The notes under the pieces are model-generated. The model saw only the letters and a list, made by a program, of their open reading frames with translations, had not been told where the DNA came from and searched no databases. Below are positions 1 to 12,441 of a DNA stretch of 64,000 nt, one piece after another. A program made the position numbers and the translations under genes. Source of the stretch: Antedon mediterranea (taxonomy: Eukaryota; Animalia; Echinodermata); the NCBI RefSeq assembly GCF_964355755.1, contig NC_092672.1, forward strand, positions 16,182,001 through 16,246,000. The letters are read 5' to 3'. The stretch's first letter is position 1, and the number at the start of each line of letters is the position of its first letter.

Positions 1-204
1 CATACAAAAATGATGTACCGGTTGCGTGAAGTGCTAGGTAACTGTTACGAAATTGTTCTAGTGTTGGGTTTGTGTTGCTGCCTCCTGCTCCTCTTTGTTT
101 TGAAAAGTACTCTTCAAGGGGATCCTGACAAAACTTTTCACTCGGGATATATTCCACATCTGGTTCTTTAAGTAACGTTTTGGCAAGCTCAGTGAATGAT
201 AACA
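1..204 (-). CDS. Exon encoding the C-terminal RNase H part of a P-element/THAP9-family transposase (runs off the window edge; intact versus decayed status unknown)
   Basis: Minus strand, after acceptor tttcatttcAG (205-206), translates LSFTELAKTLLKEPDVEYIPSEKFCQDPLEEYFSKQRGAGGSNTNPTLEQF with no stop. QDPLExxFxxxRxxGGxNxNP is the P-transposase catalytic-E motif. Confidence 0.75.
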
Positions 205-949
205 CTGAAATGAAAAATTTAATTACATTAATTATAAATATTATTTGTTCGATGATACATATTTGGTAATGGTTGAGGACAGGCTGGTTGAGGACTATAG
301 TTATTAGACCATCTCCCTGGCTAGGCCTAGTAGGCCTAGGCCCTGGTGGTGTACCTGGTGCATCACCAGAATCGGCGATTCCAGCCGCCAACAAACATAC
401 GATCGGAGGGTGTTAATTACCCAGATTACACGCTGGCGTTTATCACTATTGACAACATGCCCACACCTATAAAAACATGTTGTATTTTAACCAAAATTAC
501 GATTATGTAAGAAACTGTAAGAAAATAAGATATCAAGAGAATGATAGAAGACATACTCTTTTAAATATTAGCGCTGGTGTTAAAATGGAGAAACGTGCGG
601 AAAATGTCAAATATTAACTTTAAAACTTACCAAAAGTCTCTGAAAATCACGAAAGAAGGTCTACAAACAAACAGATGAACGTACACTTTGAATTATCGTA
701 ACTTTTTAACGAAAGGTCGGAATTTAAAGCGGTTTTTTGTAAAATATGTATTGCAGAATTCTCAAATGACGTAAACAAATTGTAAAGCTATAGACGAAGA
801 AGGAATTATCTGCGCATGCCTACAATGTTTGTTTGTCAGGAATGCATCGAAAGTCTTTACTCAAAATGGACGAATCCCGGCGATAGAGGGCCTGGCATCG
901 TCGGCAAAGTAGACTCCAAACAACAGGCAGGAAATTAGTGCCAGTTGAC

Positions 950-1085
950 TGCATAATCCTTTGAGGTTCCTGTATACCGCTCGTCGCTTATTGGCTGTAG
1001 ATCAGTTGATAAATTTGTTGTTACTCCATCTAATAACAACTCCCTGGTCAGTCGATGGCTCAAGAGTTTCAATAAATCTCGCGGT
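950..1085 (+). pseudogene. Possible fragment of a DIRS-type tyrosine recombinase N-terminal domain
   Basis: Translates VYRSSLIGCRSVDKFVVTPSNNNSLVSRWLKSFNKSR, which resembles YRSAIS..VDG..HPLVSRLLKG..N.RP. The match is short and degenerate. Confidence 0.35.
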
Positions 1086-1409
1086 GCGTGTGTGGTGGTG
1101 GAAAACACTCACAGCAAGTTTGCTTCATTAATATGCATGAGACTCTGTGACGAACCACTTTAACGTGACGTCATTTTACTTAGCTGCATGCGAAGAAGTA
1201 GTCTCACGCTCAACAGACTTTGATATCGGACACACTGTATATTCGATCGATTTAAACATATAGATAGATATAGATAGTCAATAGAAGTAAAATGACCAAA
1301 AAATCTGCTATAATTGATAATTAATTGCACGAATTTGGAAGTGGGGCCTTTGTTTTTCAAGAGGGTTCGCTGGTATACCAGTCTTATACACCTAATATTA
1401 ATGTCGATT

Positions 1410-2280
1410 GGTAAACTCACTGGAATGGTGATTTTAGTTGTACAAAAGGCTTTTGATTCTGTGAATTATTATATTCTATGCGATAAACTATCATAGTTTA
1501 AGTGCATCAATTGGTTTAGGAATTATTTATCCACTCGTCAACAATTAGTATAGATATAAATAGTGTAAAGTTGGAGTATAAAGAAATAGAATGTGGAGTC
1601 CCACAGGGTAGCCTTCTCGGACCCTTGATATTTTTACCATCTATACCAACGATGTCGATGATGATTGTAAGATGCTTCTCTATGCCGATGAAGTGCAATG
1701 AATGGTTTACTGATAATAAGCTATCCCTTCATCCTAAAAAAAACCGAGTGTATTTTATACAGTAAAATGGTTGACGATTTGATTCAGATCGAACACCTCG
1801 GCCAGATTATCAAAGGAAGTAAATCTGTATCGATATAGACTAAAATGTTAACGGTGACAATGTAGCTAGTTCAGTCGTTAATAAAGCGAATTCACGTTTC
1901 CTATTTCAACAATCACCCTATCTTAACCAACATTGTCGAAGAATTTTTGCTTTTTCGTTGATTCAACCATTATTTGACTATTCGAGCTCATCATGGATCT
2001 TTATACAAGACTTTGATTCACGAACTCATATTGGTGCATCTCTTGGATGTTGGGATGTTAACGTATCGGATATTAGAGTTGAATTCTTACGTTTATACCA
2101 TTCCTACAAGATTTTAAATAATTATTGTCCACCTTATCTTACCTCAGATTTTCACCGTATTAACGAATGTCACAGATATAATACAAGAGGTAGCAGTCTT
2201 AATTTTCGAGTACCTACTTTATAGTTGCTCATAATATGTTTCTACATATTCAGCAATTCAGACTTGGAATGCCCTGTACT
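1410..2280 (+). mobile_element. Decayed CR1/L2-group LINE reverse transcriptase fragment
   Basis: Frameshifted motifs QKAFDSVNY, CGVPQGSLLGPLIF, LYAD, WFTDNKLSLHPKK, IQPLFDY and HRYNTRGS. Confidence 0.85.
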
Positions 2281-2529
2281 GGTGTAGGCTGGTATGTCGT
2301 TTAAATGAATGTCGTGTATATTTTTTGTTAAAAGCAAACTTTGACTTTATTTCATATCTTGATAATATAAGGAATGTCAAAAAATATGTTGCCATTTTTT
2401 CTAAAGAAAGTTAAAGGACCAAATTCAAGATGGCCGCCAACATTCAAATAACCCTATTTAAAACCAGAATATCACCAATAACACAAATTATGAATGTGGA
2501 ACAAGTCCGTTTTGATGGTATTACACATT

Positions 2530-2957
2530 ATACAATCTTAACTAGCTCGTCGTTCTATGTTCGATCTTCAGTTTTTGTATAAATGTATGAATTCCCGTTT
2601 CAATTGTAATTTTATCTCCTTGTTTTCCTTTCATGTTAAAGCTGTTGGTTGTCGTACTCGTAATTCCAAATGTAATCTTCTTTATGTGCCGTATTGTCGT
2701 GTTAATGTTACCAAGAATGGATTTATTTCACGTATTTGTCTTCTTTTTAATAATTGTGTTGTTAAAGATAATTCTATTGATCTCTTTTTTGACCGTTATA
2801 ATTGTTTTTCTAATAAAATTAGTAAAATTGTATAATTTTGTATTGTTAGATTTTAAGATTTATATATATTTTTATATGGTATAGTTTATTCCATTCTGTA
2901 AGGGGCGGGTTTCCCGCTGTTGAATGAGTTTGAATAAAATAAAATAAATAAAATAAT
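2530..2957 (+). mobile_element. 5'-truncated LINE 3' end inserted into an older non-autonomous DNA element (2280-3352)
   Basis: ORF DLQFLYKCMN...RTRN..LLYVPYCR...ISRICLLFN, AT-rich 3' UTR and (AAATA)n tail. Flanks carry caagatggccgcc / ggccatcttgg motifs. Confidence 0.7.
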
Positions 2958-3513
2958 AGCGATAATCTGTCGGCCATCTTGGATTTCTAAATGGCCGCCA
3001 CTAAAAATTAAATTCTTTAAATAATTTTTGTTGTTTGTACACAATGTTCTAAAATAGTCACTTCTCATAGGATTGTCTATGATCCTATGAGATGAACATT
3101 CCCAGTACAGTTTCGGTCATGGTGACAGGTCTACATCCCCACCCCTTCCCAGGGCTAATTAAAATACGTTATAACAATTTCCTACCACACAGTTCTGGTC
3201 AATTTGATAGCCTACTACCCCTAGCCTAAGCAAAATTAAATTCCCGGTACAATTGCTGTCATTTTGATATCCCATATGTATGGTTATGTGCTGAAACAGA
3301 ACAAACATCGAAAGTGAGGAAAAGTGGGCCATTCTGACCACATTTTGGCCCCTTAAGCTACTTTCACATCAAGCCCGGATCCGGGCCGGTGAAAAATTCG
3401 GTCCGCGTTACGTTTTTAAATCAGTGCGTTCACATCGCTGCACGAATTCGTCTTTCGGTTCCCGCGCTATTCTAATTATAAATCATTGAAGTTGAACGAT
3501 GTAAACATTGACA

Positions 3514-3700
3514 ATGGCAGATTACAGCTGCGACGACGAAGATGTTTTTCTGTTCTATTATTTGTCAACCGTTAACAGAAACAGAAAAAGACCGGAATAG
3601 GTAAACATAATCAACAAAAAGAAAGAACCATGGTCAATTCCAGACATTAATCCGTGACAACTTTTTCTCAGAACCAGAACAATTTTACCATACTTTAGGT
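3514..3700 (+). pseudogene. N-terminal remnant of a Harbinger (HARBI1-like) DDE transposase
   Basis: MADYSCDDEDVFLFYYLSTVNRNRKRPE*VNIINK/RKNHGQFQTLIRDNFFSEPEQFY/YFR resembles R.WVHPIN..R...G.F..L...L..DP..F..YFRM. It contains a stop and frameshifts. Confidence 0.6.
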
Positions 3701-4395
3701 AGCCTATTATGTATAGGGCCTAAAGGCTATGGCCTATTATAGTATAAATAGATAGGCCTATAGTCTATACTAATTCTTCAGCGTTAGTCACTATAGGCCT
3801 ATGCTTTCACCTTTTTATAATACTAGGCCTAGTATTATTAAAAACAAATTATTTAAAATATTTTTGAACCGAGGCCTATAATAATCATCATATCATGGCA
3901 GTTACTATTATTTTTAAAAATCCTACATATGATATACAGTAATAGGCTTTTTATTAGGCTAGATCTACCTAAGTAAACTAGGCCTAGGCAAAGCCAGTAT
4001 TTTTTTTTTTTCATAATGACTTCAGATCAGTTTGAAGTTATTTTCTGTCTCGTTAAAGATAACATCACAAAACACACACAAATGAAAGAATTTACAACTA
4101 TCGACACAGCAGAGCAAGACGTGTGTCCAAATTTCAGATAATTAATCTTGAACATACTAGACACCATAAAGTAGAGAGGCCATTGATGTTCGAAACAAAC
4201 TATCCACATGGTTTAATTCAGAAGCTGGAAGAGTTGCATGGCAATACCTTGTTTGTTTGTTTTGGCTATGCAAATTAAACTGACAAAATGAACATTTCAT
4301 ATAATACTAATTATTTTCACTTTCTGAAATAATTTATTCTAAATAACATATTGATCATCTCAAATCTCAGTTCTTTATTGAACTTATACTTGATG

Positions 4396-5715
4396 TTATC
4401 GCAAGCATGAATTTACATCTAATTTTCGTTTTGTGGTTGTCTGGTTGCTGCTACTACTACTAGTTGCCTCATCTACCAACTCTTCATCCACTGCATGAAA
4501 ACAACATTGTTGAGGGTGAAGATAATCACCAAGAACAGGTTCTTGGTGATTATCTTCACCCTCAACAATGTTGTTGAGTAACTCTATGCATGTTGCATCA
4601 CTATGTAGCCAATTTCCTGTGCTTCTGTAAAAAAAGCAAAGCAAACAAAAAGTATTAATATGATATTAATATAGTCACCACTTATTAAACTATGGGGGTC
4701 AGCATTGCAAACTATTTTTTGCCTGTATTATAAATTGGGCAATTACTCATAATGGTATGTAAATAATTTCTTTTCACAGTAATGTATATATAAAAGCAAA
4801 ATGCAAAAAAAAAAAAGCTAATATATTATATTTTAGAACAAAACACTGAATTGATTTACATTTACATTAAAAAATTTACTTGTACAGTAGAAGGAGAATT
4901 TTAAAATAATTGACTAATTAAATACTGTATTCCAAGTCTATAAATTATAGATTTGGAATAATATTACTGTAATTTTATTTTATGTTGTGGGTTTTGTATA
5001 TTGGTATAATATGAGTTTTTAAATGTGTTTACTGATGGCTAAGTTGTGCTTTGGTGAAGCTTCATAACAAAAAAATACAAATAATTAAAATAATATTTAA
5101 AATGTATTTAAAAATGCATTAAAAAAAAATACATGTCATTAATATAAACCAATTTAGTGTACAGTACCTCCTAGTGGTCATGAATGCATTCAAGAACTGC
5201 AGTTGATCCGCATTTGTACTTCCTGAATTTTCCAATCAGGCCCTGTCGGCGCTTCTGCTTTCTCTCATCTTTCGTAGGCCACATACGCATCCTTAAAATT
5301 TGTAAAAATTTTTTGGAAGCAATTTCCCCTAAACATTTTAAATAATTTATATTCTATTCAAGAATCTGTAGTACCAGGGCCACAAGAGTGACTTGTCGTT
5401 AGTTTTTACTGATTTAGCCATCTAGTTAAATACTCTGAATATTAAAATAATTTAAATAAAATGAATCATATTCACTGCTAAATATAACAATAAAGGTAAG
5501 ACAAATTAAACAATATATGGATCAAATACAGAAAGTTTCTCTTTGTCTTAATTATATACTGTATTTTATATCACTTACCAGATTCCATTCCAACTATCCA
5601 TTTTTTGTCTACTGTTTTGTATGATTTATATTTCCTAAATTGTACAAGATCAAATTAATTTGGACTTCCATAATTAGTTGTTCCATCAATCAATTCATAA
5701 AATCATCCATTTATT
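4396..5715 (-). pseudogene. Spliced MADF/Myb-SANT DNA-binding gene of the Harbinger element (exons ~5578-5715, ~5168-5328, ~4396-4624)
   Basis: MEQLIMEVQINLILYNL../YKTVDKK/DSWNGI | GEIASKKF/TNFKDAYV...KYK/ADQLQFLNAFMTTR | STGNW..., with GT-AG boundaries (gtaagt, gtactg, ttttacag) and frameshifts. Confidence 0.65.
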
Positions 5716-6334
5716 CTAAAATAAACAAAATAAACCTTATTAAAACTACTTTAGCCTTACTACTAATTAATAATAGGGTCTAGCTAGTAGTGAGTAGTTT
5801 TATAGAATGGACCTTCAAAATACCAACAACTGCAACTGGGTTGCTGGCATCATTCATGAAGCAACAGTGCCTTGTGCCAGGACAGGTAGGCCCTCCCCTA
5901 CCTAGTTAGGGCCTAATAAATATAATAATATGAATAATAGGCCCTAATTAATAATAATAACTAATAGGGGCCTACCCTAGGTAGCCCTTTTTAGGATATT
6001 TAATATTATTAAGGCTAGGCCTATTATAAATAATATTAATAAGCTAGCCTAACTTCATGCCTACCTCTGGATAACGACACAATAATATGCTAGTTAGAAA
6101 CTAATTTAACCGATTATAGCTAGGCATAGGTCTAGTGCTGGTGTACGAATATACTCCTCCTAGGCTAGGCTAGTTGGGCCGCGTTTAGGCGCAAAAAAGG
6201 CAAAAAGAGTGCCTCTCGTCTGACGCTGAAGGAACCTGCTGAAAGGGGTGCACAGAAGTAGGGGCATAACAACCAAACTTGGTTCTAAATATAATTATTA
6301 TATTGGCCTAGTTTAGCCTAAAATAACAAACAGA

Positions 6335-8052
6335 ACTAGAATTTAATTTGTCACTTTGACGAATTATAGGTGATCATTTTTATCATTTTACTGAAATTAA
6401 TTTTTGTTAAACATGCACGTACGTTAACATACGATCGGAAAATGTTGATGTATACCATCCTATTATACGCTTATAGTGCCTATATGCCATATACAATATG
6501 TACAGTATATATATACTGTATATCTATATACAGTGTAGCATAGGTGAAATTACGGGACACACATCATGTTCTAATTTTTTGGCATGATGACGTTATCAAA
6601 CTAAACTTCGAAATTTCGAAAGATAATTAATTGAGCAAAAAAATATAAGATTTGGCACGCTCTTTGAAATGTGTATAACTTTGACGAAAAATATGAAAAA
6701 ACTACTTTTGAACTTCAACTGGCCACATGTTAACGTCACAACATCCGATAGGCTACATTTCATCAGCTAATAAATTATAATCATCAAGGTAACCTTCAAA
6801 TCTGAAGAGCTGTAAGATATTCAAATTTACTGCGAAGGTGAAATTACACGGCCTACGTTATTCAAGTTTTTACGCGTCATGATGTCAACAAAATAAAAAA
6901 AGTGTTAACTCACGATAAAGATAATTAATTAAGCAATCACATACTGCAATCACATACTGAAATTTGTGCGAAATTCGAGCACACATAACCAAGATGCGCT
7001 CTGTTGAATGTGATAATCTACACAAAAAGATAAAAAATCCTAATTTTTAAATTCAAGTGGCTATTTTTTGACGTCAAAACATTTTGTACGTAAAATGTGT
7101 ACATGAATTCATATCTAAAACTCAATGGCTTCCAGAATAAGTTAAAAAAATTGGGGTAATATTGCATTCTGAAGAATTATTTTCATTTTGAAAATGCCTT
7201 ATTTTTCACCCTTTTCAGCACTTTGATGCAATTAATTTGCGCATTTTGTTATTTTTAAAACCTGCTTGTATAGCGTTACTTTAAGTCGGAACTGACCCTA
7301 ATTTGGTGAATGTACTAAGGATGGTGAGGAATGGGATTTCTCAAAAAATTAATTAGTATCGCGCGCACAAAATATTTTTTTTGCACAGTAATTTTTTGAA
7401 ACACGCAAATGGCCTAATTCATGCTCTAAATTAATCAAAACTTAATTTTGAGCTTTTTAAATTTTTAATGCGCGATTTCACGCACATGACACTAAAATTA
7501 CTAGAAAAGGGTGGAAAAACATAAATCACGCAAAAAAATAGTTTTCAACGCTACGTGTGCACCGTGCGCGTAAAAAAATGCGCACGCGTGGGAATTTTTT
7601 ACATGCTCAAAATGAAATGAAACGCGTAGAAAGTTGATTAGAAAATTTATTTTTCGCACTATGAAAAACATGTAAAACATGCCATTTTTTTCCCAGTCAT
7701 TTAGCGCAAGATATAAATTAAACTTTTGTTAAGTTTCAATTTAAATTGTTATATGGTTTTCGATCTATGTTAAATACGCGAAATTCGTAAAAACTCTGAC
7801 GGCATTCACAATAGGAGGTGCACAATTTCACGTGAATGCCCACATGTTGACAAAGTTATAAAATGCTATGTTTACACGTTTTTGAGTTACGCGAGACACA
7901 AAATTGACAGAAAGAAAGAATAATACAGAAAAAAAAAAGATGATTTCATACAGTTACAAGGAGTTATCCGCTGAATGCGGATAACTAATAAAAAGATGAT
8001 GATTTCGTACAATCACAAGAGGTTATCCTACAACTTCGTTGCCGATAACCAA
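6335..8052 (+). mobile_element. Helentron/HINE-like non-autonomous element, copy 1
   Basis: 5' aactaga..tgtcactttgacgaatt and 3' hairpin agttatccgc-tgaat-gcggataact, plus a second degenerate 3' hairpin. Homologous to 9636-10604 and 36367-37958. Confidence 0.65.
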
Positions 8053-8459
8053 TAAAGATTTAACACAATAACAATAATTTATTCTAAATGATCACCTAAA
8101 TATACTTATCTTAATACATTAACTTGCTACTATATCAATGTATAGTAATTAAAGAAAGCATAGTATTTTTTCAGGAGGATCTTTCGTCGCGCATGTTTTA
8201 CAGCTGTGTTTTCCAATTCACGTACGAAATAAAAGGTCATAGTACTCAACGCTGATTGGTCAGAAGAAAAAATCTGTACGATTTTACAAATGAAATGGCT
8301 TCCAATTCCATTCCTCCGAATCCGTCCACCGGAGAAAATTTGTACGAAATCCGGACGGATTTGATGTGAACGCTTCTATTCTTTAACACTATACCCTTTT
8401 TCCACGATTTTTTCTCCGGCCACCGGACCGGATCCGGGCTTGGTGTGAACGTAGCTTAA

Positions 8460-8598
8460 TGCTTGGTTCCCACTACAGACACAACACAACGATGTAACGC
8501 AACGTAAGGGATTTGACCAATCACAAGCGATGGATTTATTTGACGGTCGCTTGTCATTGGTCAACTGGTTTGCCTTGCGTCTACGTCCTTGCCAAGCT
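8460..8598. mobile_element. Short Harbinger-type MITE
   Basis: gcttggttcccact...ccaagct between TAA (8457-8459) and TAA (8599-8601), with internal tgaccaat/attggtca inverted motifs. Confidence 0.55.
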
Positions 8599-8889
8599 TA
8601 ACTTGGATTCTAGATGGTTGATGATGTTCAAATGTAGTTTAGAACATTCGCAGTACAATTCTGGTCATTTTGATGCCCAATATATAAGGTTATGTGCAGT
8701 AACAAAAATTTGTATAACGAACAAACAAACAAACGTACAAACTCTCTCACCTAAAGACACTATATCTGCTGGAATTTTGCTTTTAACAAAAAAATGACAC
8801 AAAATTACATATATACTGCCCATAATAGTAAAACAAAGCAATTCTATTTAAAATTTTAGAATTAGAGCCTGTGACAGTGAATCAATGGT

Positions 8890-9135
8890 AAAGTAATATT
8901 TTATATGTGCCAATATTAAGTATGTTTTTATGTATTGTAATTTATTTTTATTGTCTTTTCTAAATATGTTATTGAGGACCCCACCCATTGGAAATAAATC
9001 CCACATCGGGACTTTCATGGGCTATCCTGCATCTCTGTATCTGTCTTTGTAAATTTTTTGAATTGTTATATCTTTCTGTATCATAAACTGTGTAAGTATT
9101 TTTAATGAGATGCAAATAAATCAAATCCAATCAAA
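8890..9135 (+). mobile_element. LINE (CR1/L2-type) 3' UTR remnant
   Basis: tgcatctc...gagatgca stem, followed by aataaa and an (aatca)n-like tail. Confidence 0.5.
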
Positions 9136-9173
9136 ACTGTACAAGAAACTGAAATTATGAAAAGACAACATAC

Positions 9174-9217
9174 CTCTTTTTTGACAACTCGTAGTAGCTC
9201 CACCCTTAGACTTTCAT
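9174..9217 (-). CDS. Candidate 44-nt internal exon of an unidentified host gene
   Basis: cttttgttttgtAG|AT GAA AGT CTA AGG GTG GAG CTA CTA CGA GTT GTC AAA AAA GAG|GTatg. Only one frame is open (xESLRVELLRVVKKE), and the flank is non-repetitive. Confidence 0.4.
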
Positions 9218-9635
9218 CTACAAAACAAAAGCATCAGAAGTGTTTAATAAGACTCCATGCCATTCAATTGGCAGTGCTGTGCTAAATTTTTTCTCATTTT
9301 AATGATTGAAAGGTACATTAGCCTGTAACATTGCATGATCAGCTTTCTCTCCTTAAAAATTGTTATTAGTAGGGCATGTCGGGAGTTGGGGCTGAATCCC
9401 TTTTCTGACCACTGGTCAAATCATTTTATTGTCGTTTTTCTATGTTTTTTTTAAGCAATTTCTTGGAAATTTTATTTTGAAAATTATAATTTTTTTAATT
9501 CATAGATTTCATAAATAAAAATAAATCATAAAAATATACATTAAAATACATCAGTTTACAAGAAATTTAATTAGGAATATTTGTTTTTTAGAAATAAATT
9601 TTCATACATTTATGATATAATGATGAAATTACTAT

Positions 9636-10604
9636 TTGAATAATTCGTCACTCTGACGAATTATAGGTGATCATTTTTATCATTTTAAATAATGATGACT
9701 TATTATTAAAGATACAAAAATCCTAAATTTTATATTTTGAATGGTAATTAATGACCATGCTTCTATTCCCCTCACCTCAACCCAGAACACCCCCACCTCT
9801 CCCCTGGGTCCTCTCCTGTACTCCCATACGATTACGTCACAATGTCCGGTTAGCCATATTAATACCTGATCCGATATCTACAACTCATCTACTTCCAGAA
9901 TATGCCATCCACAACAAGTTGACCGTCTAGTTTAGAAATTACGACTGTTTAAAAAAAGGCATATTTTAAACGAATTTTTTAACCTTTTCATAAAAAACGC
10001 GCGCAAATTGTCCAATTCGACGTGCTCGTATGACGTATCTTTAAGTCGAAATTGTTTAAAATTTGGTAAAATTACTAGAAAAGGCTGGAAAAACATAACT
10101 CACGCGAAAAAAAAATGTTTTCAATGCTACGTGCGGACCGCACACGTAAAAATGTGCGCACGCGTGGGAATTTTTGACATGCTTAAAACGACATGAAACG
10201 CGTAGAAAGTTGATTATAAATTAATTTTGCACATTTTGAAATTTTAATGTGTAAAACACGTAATTTTTTTTCAACAGAAAGTTAGTGCATGATATAAATT
10301 AAACTTTTGCAAAGTTTCAAGTTGAAATGTTATTTGGTTGTCGAGCTATGTTAAATACAACAAAATCGTTAAATCGCGCGTAAGTCATGTTGCGCAATTG
10401 TAAACGTCATGAAAAGCTTCGCTTGACGACGTTACGTAAATGTCAATATGTTAAGATAGTTACCGAAATGTTATGTTTGCGAGTTTTAGAGAAAAGCGTT
10501 ACACAAAAATCATACAGAAAGAAAGAAGATGAATAAAAAGTTGATGATGATGATGATTTCGTACAATCACAAGAGGTTATCCTGCAACTTCGTAGCGGAT
10601 AACC
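9636..10604 (+). mobile_element. Helentron/HINE-like element, copy 2 (internally deleted)
   Basis: aattcgtcactctgacgaatt 5' palindrome, 3' ggttatcc..gcggataacc, and a long match to the reverse complement of 36367-37210. Confidence 0.65.
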
Positions 10605-11198
10605 AACTAGATTTGAACTCGTCACTTTGACGAGTTCGGGTTATCCTATCCTATAACTAGTTTTTTTAAAACACAACTGGTTCAATTGGTTTTTCAACCG
10701 GGCAACTGGTTCAACTGGTTTTGCAACTAGTTTTTGTCCTAACAACCAAAGGAATTCGGAGAAGAGAGAAAGCGGATGGCTGGGTGTACTTCGTGGGAGT
10801 ACAGGAGAGGACCCAGGGGAGAGGTGGGGGTGTTCTGGGTTGAGGTGACGGGAATAGAAGCATGGTCATTAATTACCATTCAAAATATAATTAATATTAT
10901 TTGTAATCCTATATTATTGCTACAAACAATTATTTAAATTAAATCAAATAAAATACTGCATAACTTTTTGAAAATAATAGAGCATGCGTCGTATAGGCCG
11001 GCACATCGTAAACAACCAATCAGAAAACTGCAAGCCAACGGCCAAAAACGGCTCCCTTTGTTTTTGTGTCAGTGTAGTCTAGGCGGCAAAATTGGCGATT
11101 ACACGCAGCACAGAGATGAGGATTAAAATAAGGATTAAGGATGAGGCACAAATCTTGCTGTTTTATAAAAGGTAGGCCTGATATATATGTCTATTATT

Positions 11199-12268
11199 GG
11201 GTGTCACGAAACCTAAGACCACGAAAGCTAAGACCCCCTAAGACCTAAGATCACGAAAGCTAAGACCCAACACCTAAGATTACAAATATTTATCTTTCGC
11301 ACCTTCCTTGTATTTTAACTCCAGACATTTATTCTGAATACCACACCTTAGAATTGGCACTTTCATGAAAAAGAATCACATAAAAAGTAACAAATACATT
11401 TTTAAATTGATGATTTTACAGACGTTTTTCTCGCACACAAAATGATTAGCCTACAGTACAGGGTGGACCCAGTACAGTAGGCCTACCCCATGTTCAATGT
11501 TTTTGTTTCTATGGAACGTCAAAAGAGCAAACTTATATAGAGGGCTGAAAACTCTGTGGAGTCCATCTACAGTGTGAATGGAACAATGTAAAATTAAAAT
11601 TGTAATGATAATAGTATAATCATGCAAGTACGAAGAAATAAATACTGGCAAATAAATTTTAATTTAAAAATCATGATAAGTTTTTTTGTTTCGTTTTCTT
11701 TCTGTTTTTATACTTGTACTATTATTGTTGCTCCTTTGGCGCTCCATAGAAACAAAAACATTGAACATGGGGTAGGCATGAGGAGCTCGAGGAGTTACAT
11801 TACAGTATACAAAGAAACACATGTAAAATCATCAATTTAAACGATTTATTTATTTGTTATTAGGTGTTTCTCCTTCTGAAAGTACTTATAATAAGTCCTA
11901 ATTTTAAAGTGTGGTGTTCAGGATAAAGTTATAGTCAACAAATTTGGAGTCAAAATACAAGAAAGGCAGGTGCGTAAGAAAAACATCCTCTGAACCAACA
12001 CAATGGAGTAAATATATACCAACAAACAACCCGTCAAGTTTGTTTGTTGTAAAGAAAAAATATACATTTACTCAACGGGCGAAAATAATGTGAGTTTATC
12101 TATGTTTTGCGGTAGTATTAAATTATATTTATGGTAATAAATTAAACCTACTGTGTTTAAAATTATGTATGGATAAACAAGTATTGTTTTTAAGCTGTAG
12201 TATATCTTAGTATTTGTAATCTTAGGTGTTGGGTCTTAGCTTTCGTGGTCTTAGGTTTCGTGACACCC
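11199..12268. mobile_element. Mutator-like foldback MITE
   Basis: TIR gggtgtcacgaaacctaagaccacgaaagctaagaccc with its exact inverse at 12231-12268. Flanking duplication gtctattatt (11189-11198 and 12269-12278). Long internal inverted arms. Confidence 0.85.
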
Positions 12269-12441
12269 GTCTATTATTATCTCTTATTACTATAGGCATA
12301 GGCCTACTAACTATGATCAAAGATCGACAACAAAATGGAGGCCTCGCTCGCTGCTGGCTAAGCCTAGCTAGGCCTATATGCCACCTAGTAAGCTAGGCTC
12401 TACAGCCTTGCCCTACACCCTGCTAGCTGCTTGATTACATG

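Larger units (their letters stand above)
3356..8456. mobile_element. Decayed PIF/Harbinger transposon with nested insertions
   Basis: TIRs agctactttcacatcaagcccggatccgggccggtg and caccggaccggatccgggcttggtgtgaacgtagct, TTA/TAA flanks, transposase and MADF remnants inside. Confidence 0.8.
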
